Origin: an archaeon
GTDB taxonomy: Archaea > Nanobdellota > Nanobdellia > Pacearchaeales > GW2011-AR1
Length of the DNA stretch: 64,000 bases
NCBI GenBank assembly: GCA_018651605.1
Contig: JABIDS010000013.1
Coordinates: forward strand, 717 to 64,716
Direction of reading: 5' to 3'
The notes beneath the pieces were generated by a model. The model had not been told where the DNA came from and did no database searches. It worked only from the letters and a program-made list of their open reading frames with translations. The position numbers and the translations under genes were made by a program. Each line of letters begins with the position of its first letter. Position 1 is the first letter of the stretch. This document shows, piece after piece, positions 27,634 through 35,892 of this stretch.

Positions 27634-30600
27634 ATGGATAACATAACTGTTTCGCATTCGGTTATTCAGGGCGGAGATACAATTACAATTTGGGCCAATA
27701 CTACTTCTCATGGTGTGAATGATAGTGATGCAGATACTTTGCAATTATTTTGTGATGATACTATTGCTCCTACTTTTGTAAATTCTGATTGTACTGGAGG
27801 GATTACTTCTGATGGTAGTTATCCTTATGCTTTAACTTGTACCTTTGTAGTTCCGAGTGATGATGTGGCTCATGTAGAGTATTGTAGGGTTTATGATGGT
27901 ATTGCTTATTCAAATGTTTCAAATGTGACCTATACTACTGATTCAACTTCTCCTTCATTATCGATTGTTAGTGTTGCAGGAGATAGTGTGGTTAGTTATT
28001 ATGATTCAGTGGATGATTCTGTTAGTGTGATTAATGTTTCTGGTGAGGAAAGTATGTCCTGTAGGTGGAGTTCAAGTGATTTGAGTTATAGTGCTATGAG
28101 TAATGCTTGTTCAACTAATGGGATTTATACTGCTTGTAATGTAAATGATGTTGTTAGTCAGGGATATACTACAAGATATGTTTCTTGTCAAGATAATTAT
28201 ACTAATGGGAATAATGCGACAAATAATTTGAATGTGAATTTTTATTTAGATTATACTGCTCCCACAACTTCGGATGATTCAAGTTCTACGATTATTGCTC
28301 CGAATTATGTTGTTACTTTAAATGAAGGTGATAATGTTGATTCAGATGTTATTACATTATATTGTACTGATACTACGAATACTTGTGCACCTAGTTTAAG
28401 TATTGATGATGGTGGGACTGTAACTTTTACTTCTGCTAATCGTGGAGTTAATTATTTGAGGTATAATTCAACAGATGATGCGGGCAATCAACAAATTACT
28501 GTAAGTAAAACAATTAATATTAATGAGTTGCCTGTTTTTAGTAGTGCTAGTGATGATGCTGTGATTATTGCTGGTGAGGCGGAGGTTAATGTTTCGACGA
28601 TTAGTTCTGATTCTGATGGTTCTCAAACTTTGACATTATGGGTTTGTGATTCAACTTCGGTTACTTCTTCTGGTTGTGGTGGAGGGCATTATTGTAATAC
28701 TAGTGTTTCTAGTGGGGTAAATTTATCTTGTAATTTTTCTTCCGAGTCAGATTCTGCTTTGCATAATTGGTATGCATTTATTTATGATGCTTTGGGAGAG
28801 ATAGCTGTTGCGAATTTTTCTGGAAGTTATACTACTGATTCAGATGGACCTGAAATTACAATTGTTAATCCTGCGAATGATACATTTACTAATGATGATA
28901 TTACTGCTCAAATTGTTTTGAATGAGGGAGGGAGTTTAGCTTGGTATGAGTTGGATGGCAATGGGACTAATGTTACGATGTCTAATTCTTCTACAACTTC
29001 TTGGAATATTAATATTTATAATTTGAGTTTGGGGAATCATAATTTGACTTTTTGGGCGAATGATAGTTATGGGAATGTTGGTGTTAGTGCTATGAGGTAT
29101 TTTGAGATTGCTTTGCCATTAGATACAACTCCTCCTGCGATTACAATTTTGAGTCCTGTAAATGGAAGTTATCAAACTGCTTCTGGAGTTTATATTAATA
29201 TTAGTGCTGATGAGGTTTTGAAAGGAGCTTGGTATGAATTGAATTATAATGGGACAAAGATTGGATTGAGTAATTATACTTCTAGTAATTGGTATGTTGA
29301 TATTAGTTTAAGTGAAGAGAGTGAATATAATTTAACGATTTGGGCGAATGATAGTTCAGATAATGAGAATACTAAGAATATTAGTTTTTATGTTGATTCT
29401 TTGGCTCCTCGTTATAGTTCTGTTAGTGCTTTGCCTTCTATTGCGAATGTTTCTCAGGATGTGAATTGTTCGATTAATTGGATTGATGGTTTTAATTTGA
29501 GTAGTGTTAAGATTAGTGAGAATTCTTCTGGGACTTTTGAAAATCATACTATTGGTTCTTTAGAATTAGGTGGGAGTGCGAGTTATAATATTGTTGGAAA
29601 TAAATTGAATGGTGTTGGAAGTTATGAATGTAGGTTTTATGCTGTTGATAGTGCAGGTAATTTTAATTCTACTTCTGTGAGTTTTAGTGTTAATGATGTT
29701 ACTGTTCCAGTAATTACTGTTACAAGTCCGAGTAATGCAACTTATAATCAGAATTATTTAGATGTTTCTTTAATTGTTTCTGAGAATTCTTCGTGGGCTG
29801 GTTATAGTTTGAATGGTGCTTCGAATGTTACTATGGAGAATACTTCTATGACTAATTGGAATAGGACTTTAACTGGATTGAGTAATGGAGGATATAATAT
29901 TATATTTTATGCAAATGATAGTTCTGGGAATATGGCTAATTCTTCATTGATTCATTTTGCGATTAATACTGGTGCTGCTGATACAACTGCTCCTGTTATA
30001 ACTATTGATACAATTTCAAATGCTTCTTATAAAACTGCTACAAGTGTTGTGGTAAATGTAACTACAAATGAAAATGCAGATTGGGTTGGTTATAAATTGA
30101 ATTCTGGAAGTTTGACTGATATGTCTAATTTAACTTCTGCTATTAAATGGAATGTTACATTGACTGGTTTGGTTGTTGAGAGCTCTAATGATTTAGAGGT
30201 TTATGCAAATGATAGTGCAGATAATGATGGTAGTAAAAATATTACTTTTTATGTAGATAGTGTTGCTCCTAGGATTACGAATATTAGCGCTTCTCCTTCT
30301 CCTGCTAATGAAAGTCAGAATGTTGTTTGTAATGCTTATGTTAATGATACTTTTAGTTTGAGTTCTGTGAAGATTGAAGAGAATGCTTCTAATTCTGGAA
30401 CTTTTGAAAATCATACTTTGGATTTGAGTGCTTCTGGTTGGATGAACTATACTATTTTGAATGTTGAAAAAGGAGCTAATTATACTTGTAGATTTTATGC
30501 AATCGATGCTGCAGGGAATGTGAATAATAGTGAGTTGATTACTTTTGTTGTTAATGATGTGACTGCTCCTGTGATTACAATTAATTCTCCTTTGAATCAG

Positions 30601-33600
30601 AATTATAGTACAGATAATATTTTGTTGAGTGTTAGTTTGAGTGAGGATGCTGTTGTTGATGTTAATTATACTATTGATGGAGGAGTTACAAATGTTAGTT
30701 TATCTGGTAGTGGAAGTAGCTGGAGTGATAGTGTGATTTTTGCTGATGGGAGTAAGACTGTAACTTTTTATGCTTCTGATTCTTCTTGGAATAATGCCTC
30801 TAATTCTGTAACTTTTAATGTTGATACTTCTGTTAATGATGTAACTGCTCCTGCCATTACTGTTTGGAGCCCTTTAAATAATTCTTATGATATAGATGGA
30901 ACTGTTTTGTTAAATATTTCTACAAATGAGGATTTGAGTTGGGCAGGGTATAGTAATAATTCTGCTGACTTGATTGATTTGGATAATGTTTCTACAACTT
31001 ATTGGAATGCTAGTGTTGTTTTTGATGAAGGTCAACATAATTTGACTTTTTATGCTAATGATAGTTCTTCAAATAAAAATCAAGGGAGTAAGGGTTTTGT
31101 TCTTTATGTTGATTTAACAAATCCTGATGTTGAAGGTTTTTCTTGTGGAGATGTTAATGATAGTTTGGATGTTGTTTGTAGTGCTAATGTTAGTGATGAA
31201 ATTGGTTTGAGTTATGCTGTTGTTGGTTATAATTTTACTGGTTCGTGGCAGAATAGTTCTCAGATTAGTTTAAGTAGTGTTAGTTCTAGTTTGAATTATG
31301 TAATTGCTAGTGGGAATAGTTCTCCTGGAGTTTTTGGTGCGGAGATTTATTTGTTTGATTTATCTGGTAGACAGAATTTGACTGTTTCTGATTTGGTTAC
31401 TATTAGTGATGATACTTTACCTTTATTTTCTAATATTAGTTATGTTCCAAATGTAACTGATGATTTGGATCCAGGGGTTTTGGTTAATGTTAGCGTCGCT
31501 GTTAATGAGGATTATAATATTTCTTCTGTGGAGTTGATGTATAAGAATTCTAGTTCTGCTGATTGGAGTTCTATTGTAATGAGTAATGGTTCTGCTTTGA
31601 CTTATTTAGTGGCATCGAATGTTACTTATAATGCTTCTTTTGTTGTTCAGAATGAGACTTGGTATTTTCAAATTAATGCAACTGACTCTGAAGAGAATAG
31701 TGCTTTTTCTTCTAATTATACCTTGCTTGTTGATGATGATATTTCTCAGAATATCAGCACGACAATTCCTCTTACTAAATCTATAACTTATGCGCAAAGA
31801 ACAAGTAATAATTCTTTGGGTTATTTGATTATGAATAATACTGGAGATAGTAGTTTGAATTTTAATATTACTTTGAATTCAAGTGACAGTGGAGTGTTGA
31901 GTAGGTTAAGTGTTAATTATAGTAGGAATCAAACTGCTAACTTTTCTGCTGGTTCTTTGTCTGATGTTAATATTACTATTGATGTTAATACTACTGATTT
32001 AAGTGCAGGATTGTATGATTATAATATTAGTGTTGCTTCTGAATCTGGAACTGAAGTTTTTGCAAGGGGGCTTAATATTCAAACTGCTGCTGGACCTTTA
32101 TTATCTACTTTAATTACAACTTATTCTTCAAATGTTACAAAAGGAGAGAACGATGTTGAGTTAGTTGCTACGGTTACGAATTTGGGAACTGCAGATGCTA
32201 GTAATGTTTTGTTGAATTGGACTTTGCCTTCTGATTTGAGTTTAGCATCTGGAAGTTTATCTAGGAATTTGGGAACCTTAGGAGTTGGAATAAGTGGGAC
32301 TAATACTGTCACAATTAATGTTGCTAGTTCTGCAGGTGATGCAAATGTGAATATAAGTGCAGATGCAACTTCAAGTAATGCAGATTCTTCAAGTATTTCT
32401 AAGATAATTACTATTGGTTCTCCAAGTGTTGTTACAACGACTGTTGGTGGAACTGTTAGTAGTGGTGGAGGTGGTGGAGGTTCTGTTGGAGATGAAGGAG
32501 GAGTAAGTCAAAGTTATGTTAAGACTGTGGAGATAATTAGGGGGGGAGAAGATATTTTTACGATTGATGTTTATAATAAATATCCTAATTCAACTTTGAA
32601 TGATGTAACTCTTAGTTTAAGTGGATATGATGAGCATTATTTTGAATTTTCACCTCAAAAGATTTCCGGAATTAAATACAATGAAACCAAAAGCTTTAAA
32701 GTTAAATTAACTGCGCCATCGTATAAAAGTTATGAAGAAAATATTTTAAAGGCGATGATTAATGGTGATTTAATTCAGAATGGTGCTAGTAGGACTTATA
32801 GTGAGACTCAGAATATTAGATTGCTTATACAAGAAGTAAGTTTAGAGAAAATAATTATTAGCTTAGATGAAGCTGAAAAAGCAATTCAGAAAATGAAAGA
32901 AGCAGGGTTTAATGTTGATGAGGTTGAAAGATTTTTAGAAGAAGCAAGAATAAAATTAAAAGATAATAGAAATAAACAGGCTTGGGATTTGTCTGAAAAT
33001 ATTATTGAGATTAATAATTTGGCTTTTGAGGTTGATACTTTAATAAATAATGTTTTTGCAGTTTTGTCAAATCCTCGGAAAAAGTCTGTGTTAACTCAGG
33101 GGACTGGTTTTAAGGGGAGTGGTTTTTCTGTTAAGGAGTTTTTCTTGGATAGTCCTGCTTTGGAAATGGTTAATTTAGCAAGGGTTGCATTTGAAAGGGG
33201 AGATTATGAACTTGCAAAGAAAAGGGCAGATAGTGCTCGTTCATTGTTGTTGTTTAGTATGAAAGGGAATTTTGGTTTGTTTTTGTATTTGTATTGGTAT
33301 TTTGTTCTTGGATTTATAATTATATTTTCTGCAAGTAGTTTGGTTGGTTATAGGAAATATAAAAAATCAAGTATTACTCAGAGAATTGGGCAATTTGATA
33401 ATGAGGAAAATAATATACGGAAATTGGTTCTTAATTCTCAGAGAAGATATTTTGCAGGGAAGATTAGTGAAGGAGATTATCATGCAACTATAAATCAACA
33501 TAGAAAGAGGTTAGCGAATATAAAGAAGTTTAGAATAAATTTGAGAAATAAGAGGATTAAGATGTTGAAACCTCGGGATATTATTAAGGATTTGGAAGAA

Positions 33601-34521
33601 GAGAAAACTCAGGTTGAAGAAGGGATAAAGCAGCAGCAGATATTATTTTACAAAGAGAATAAGATTTCTGAGAATGAGTATAAATTGCAGTTTAAGATTT
33701 TTAATGAGAGATTGGCGGAGATTGAAGGAGAGAGGACAACCTTGGAATTGTTGAGGGAAACTTCTAAAACAAATAATAAAAATGTTCTTTTGAAGGAGAA
33801 TAAAGTTAAACTTAAGCGAAATATTGTAAAGGCTGAAAAGAAAATTAAAACTCGTGGAAGCTATGTTGATATTTTTAATAAAGTTAAATATGGGTTTTTT
33901 GGATTGTTTGTAAATCCTGTTAAATATGTTAAGAAAAATCTAGAGAGAAAAAGGTTTAGGAAGGAAAATGAAAATAAGTTAAAGGTAGATAAAATATTGA
34001 ATGGAGATTCTAAAAGTGAAAAAAGTTTGCAAGAGAAATCTAAAAATTCTGAGAATTTAAAATTGATTGTTGATAAGGGTAAAAAGGCTGTTTCTAGTTT
34101 GAATCTCTTTAGATATGTTAGGGAAGATAGAGATAGAAGAATGTTTAATGTTGAGAAAGAAAATAAATTAAAGATAGATGCGTTGTTAAATAATAGGAAA
34201 ACTGAAGTTGAAATTGAAGATGATTTAAGGAAGAAACAAGTATTGAAAGATAAAGGAGTTAAAGAATCTTTGAAGTTTCAGGCTAGAGAAAGAAGGAATG
34301 CGAAATTTAGAACTATAAAAAATAATTTGGCCTTGAAATCTGAAAGAATTGTTAGGGGTATTGGTAAGGGAATTAGAAAATTAAATCCTTTTAAGTATAA
34401 GAAAGCAAGGTTTAATATATTTAATTATTATGCTGGATATAAGGAAAGAATGAGATTAAAAGAGGAAGCTAGAGTTAGAAAAGAATTAAATAAATTGTTT
34501 GAAGAGAAGTGGAAAAGATGA
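27634..34521 (+). CDS. giant surface protein (2295 aa): about a dozen Ig-like repeat modules, TM helix, and a ~650-aa Lys-rich coiled-coil cytoplasmic tail. No signal peptide of its own
   Basis: Repeats of ...P(V/A)ITI.SP.N.SY...W.GY.LN......W......L..G.YN..F.ANDS.GN...S...F. Dense N-x-S/T sequons. GGGGGGS linker. TM helix LYLYWYFVLGFIIIFSASSLVGY. The tail carries repeated NKIS(E/G)..Y motifs. The N-terminus MDNITVSH is not hydrophobic. Confidence 0.8.
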   Translation: MDNITVSHSVIQGGDTITIWANTTSHGVNDSDADTLQLFCDDTIAPTFVNSDCTGGITSDGSYPYALTCTFVVPSDDVAHVEYCRVYDGIAYSNVSNVTYTTDSTSPSLSIVSVAGDSVVSYYDSVDDSVSVINVSGEESMSCRWSSSDLSYSAMSNACSTNGIYTACNVNDVVSQGYTTRYVSCQDNYTNGNNATNNLNVNFYLDYTAPTTSDDSSSTIIAPNYVVTLNEGDNVDSDVITLYCTDTTNTCAPSLSIDDGGTVTFTSANRGVNYLRYNSTDDAGNQQITVSKTININELPVFSSASDDAVIIAGEAEVNVSTISSDSDGSQTLTLWVCDSTSVTSSGCGGGHYCNTSVSSGVNLSCNFSSESDSALHNWYAFIYDALGEIAVANFSGSYTTDSDGPEITIVNPANDTFTNDDITAQIVLNEGGSLAWYELDGNGTNVTMSNSSTTSWNINIYNLSLGNHNLTFWANDSYGNVGVSAMRYFEIALPLDTTPPAITILSPVNGSYQTASGVYINISADEVLKGAWYELNYNGTKIGLSNYTSSNWYVDISLSEESEYNLTIWANDSSDNENTKNISFYVDSLAPRYSSVSALPSIANVSQDVNCSINWIDGFNLSSVKISENSSGTFENHTIGSLELGGSASYNIVGNKLNGVGSYECRFYAVDSAGNFNSTSVSFSVNDVTVPVITVTSPSNATYNQNYLDVSLIVSENSSWAGYSLNGASNVTMENTSMTNWNRTLTGLSNGGYNIIFYANDSSGNMANSSLIHFAINTGAADTTAPVITIDTISNASYKTATSVVVNVTTNENADWVGYKLNSGSLTDMSNLTSAIKWNVTLTGLVVESSNDLEVYANDSADNDGSKNITFYVDSVAPRITNISASPSPANESQNVVCNAYVNDTFSLSSVKIEENASNSGTFENHTLDLSASGWMNYTILNVEKGANYTCRFYAIDAAGNVNNSELITFVVNDVTAPVITINSPLNQNYSTDNILLSVSLSEDAVVDVNYTIDGGVTNVSLSGSGSSWSDSVIFADGSKTVTFYASDSSWNNASNSVTFNVDTSVNDVTAPAITVWSPLNNSYDIDGTVLLNISTNEDLSWAGYSNNSADLIDLDNVSTTYWNASVVFDEGQHNLTFYANDSSSNKNQGSKGFVLYVDLTNPDVEGFSCGDVNDSLDVVCSANVSDEIGLSYAVVGYNFTGSWQNSSQISLSSVSSSLNYVIASGNSSPGVFGAEIYLFDLSGRQNLTVSDLVTISDDTLPLFSNISYVPNVTDDLDPGVLVNVSVAVNEDYNISSVELMYKNSSSADWSSIVMSNGSALTYLVASNVTYNASFVVQNETWYFQINATDSEENSAFSSNYTLLVDDDISQNISTTIPLTKSITYAQRTSNNSLGYLIMNNTGDSSLNFNITLNSSDSGVLSRLSVNYSRNQTANFSAGSLSDVNITIDVNTTDLSAGLYDYNISVASESGTEVFARGLNIQTAAGPLLSTLITTYSSNVTKGENDVELVATVTNLGTADASNVLLNWTLPSDLSLASGSLSRNLGTLGVGISGTNTVTINVASSAGDANVNISADATSSNADSSSISKIITIGSPSVVTTTVGGTVSSGGGGGGSVGDEGGVSQSYVKTVEIIRGGEDIFTIDVYNKYPNSTLNDVTLSLSGYDEHYFEFSPQKISGIKYNETKSFKVKLTAPSYKSYEENILKAMINGDLIQNGASRTYSETQNIRLLIQEVSLEKIIISLDEAEKAIQKMKEAGFNVDEVERFLEEARIKLKDNRNKQAWDLSENIIEINNLAFEVDTLINNVFAVLSNPRKKSVLTQGTGFKGSGFSVKEFFLDSPALEMVNLARVAFERGDYELAKKRADSARSLLLFSMKGNFGLFLYLYWYFVLGFIIIFSASSLVGYRKYKKSSITQRIGQFDNEENNIRKLVLNSQRRYFAGKISEGDYHATINQHRKRLANIKKFRINLRNKRIKMLKPRDIIKDLEEEKTQVEEGIKQQQILFYKENKISENEYKLQFKIFNERLAEIEGERTTLELLRETSKTNNKNVLLKENKVKLKRNIVKAEKKIKTRGSYVDIFNKVKYGFFGLFVNPVKYVKKNLERKRFRKENENKLKVDKILNGDSKSEKSLQEKSKNSENLKLIVDKGKKAVSSLNLFRYVREDRDRRMFNVEKENKLKIDALLNNRKTEVEIEDDLRKKQVLKDKGVKESLKFQARERRNAKFRTIKNNLALKSERIVRGIGKGIRKLNPFKYKKARFNIFNYYAGYKERMRLKEEARVRKELNKLFEEKWKR

Positions 34522-35561
34522 AAAGAGAATTTATGATTGTCGTAGGGGATATTTTTTTAATCTTAAGTTTAGTTTTTTTAATTTATAATTTTAATCCAGT
34601 TTTAACTGGTTTTGCAGTTTCTGATGTAAATTATTCTGGGGTTGAGTATGATGAAAATTCTAGTGTGATTACTCAAGAGGATGCTTTACAGGGAATTAGT
34701 GAGGCTGAAGCTATTCTTGAAGAAATGAAGAATAATAATTTTTCAGGAATTTATGTTGAAGATTTATTAATTCGTGCTAGAAATGTTTTTCAACAAGTAA
34801 AATATGCGGAAATTTTAAGGAAGGATGTTGAGGCAACCCAGGTTGAGAGGGTAGAGGCAGTAGAAGCATTAAAATTAGTTGATTGGAAAGATATTAATTA
34901 TTCTTTGGTTTTAATTCAAACTGAAAACATTAAGGAAGTAAGAGAGCTTGCTTTTTTTGTTACTGATTTGCTTTCTATTCAGGAGAGTTTTCTTGGAGCT
35001 GAAAGAGATGAGTCTGGGAAAATTGTTTCTTTTTCTAAGGTTGAAGAAGTTAATTTGGAGAAATTTAGAAATCTTATTAATGAAATAGAAGATGCTTTGA
35101 ATGAATCTCGGTTTGAAGAAGCTGAAAGTTTGACTATTGCATTAAAAGAAGAAGTAGAGTTAAGGAGAAATGAGGCTTTGACTTCTCTTGCATTAAAGGC
35201 AAGTGCTGAACAGTTTTTGAAAAAATATTGGTATTTGGTTGTTTTGATTTTGATTTTGATTTTTGTTGTAGGGCGGTTTTTTTATAAAAAATTTGAAAAG
35301 AAGTTATTAAAAAAGAAAATTGAAAAAATGAATTTAGAGAAAAAAGTTTTGATTGATTTAATGAAAAGAACTCAGGTAGAGAGATTTAGAGAGAATAAAA
35401 TTTCGGGATTAGTTTATAATCTGAGGATGAAAAAATATAAGGAGAAATTGCAAAAGGTTAAACAAGAGTTGCCTTTTTTGGAGAAGAAGTTGGTTAAGAT
35501 TAAGAAGGTTGGTTATGGTGTTAAGGGAGAGGGGAGTGAGAAGATGGTTGTTAAGAGTTAG
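34518..35561 (+). CDS. bitopic membrane coiled-coil protein with a Lys-rich tail
   Basis: N-terminal TM helix IVVGDIFLILSLVFLIY and second TM helix YWYLVVLILILIFVVGRFF. The tail ENKISGLVYNLRMKKYKEKL is similar to the giant protein tail. The ATG overlaps the upstream stop (ATGA). The track start at 34509 is GTG. Confidence 0.6.
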   Translation: MKREFMIVVGDIFLILSLVFLIYNFNPVLTGFAVSDVNYSGVEYDENSSVITQEDALQGISEAEAILEEMKNNNFSGIYVEDLLIRARNVFQQVKYAEILRKDVEATQVERVEAVEALKLVDWKDINYSLVLIQTENIKEVRELAFFVTDLLSIQESFLGAERDESGKIVSFSKVEEVNLEKFRNLINEIEDALNESRFEEAESLTIALKEEVELRRNEALTSLALKASAEQFLKKYWYLVVLILILIFVVGRFFYKKFEKKLLKKKIEKMNLEKKVLIDLMKRTQVERFRENKISGLVYNLRMKKYKEKLQKVKQELPFLEKKLVKIKKVGYGVKGEGSEKMVVKS

Positions 35562-35625
35562 AAAGGTTTATTAATAATGTTTCTTTAATTGTGTTATGGT
35601 AAGTAAAAAGAAAAAGGAGGTAAAG

Positions 35626-35835
35626 ATGAACGGAAAATCTGGACCGGTTTCAATGTTGGTGCATTTGGCAGTTTGGGTAACTGGGATTTTGGTTAGTTTG
35701 GCGGTTGGTTTTGGAATGACTGGTGGAATTTTAACAATACCTTATATTCCTGATGTAGTTACTGTTGCTGCTGGTTGGCTTGTAGTTGTTTTAACATTGT
35801 TAAGTGTAGTATTAGCAGTTGTAGATCAACTTTAA
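35626..35835 (+). CDS. small membrane protein (2 TM helices)
   Basis: AAGGAGG sits 6 nt upstream of the ATG at 35626. An upstream in-frame ATG at 35596 is also possible. Confidence 0.5.
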   Translation: MNGKSGPVSMLVHLAVWVTGILVSLAVGFGMTGGILTIPYIPDVVTVAAGWLVVVLTLLSVVLAVVDQL

Positions 35836-35892
35836 TTTTTATTTTTTTATTTTTTTAAATAAGTTTTTATAGTTTGAATTATGCTTTAATTT

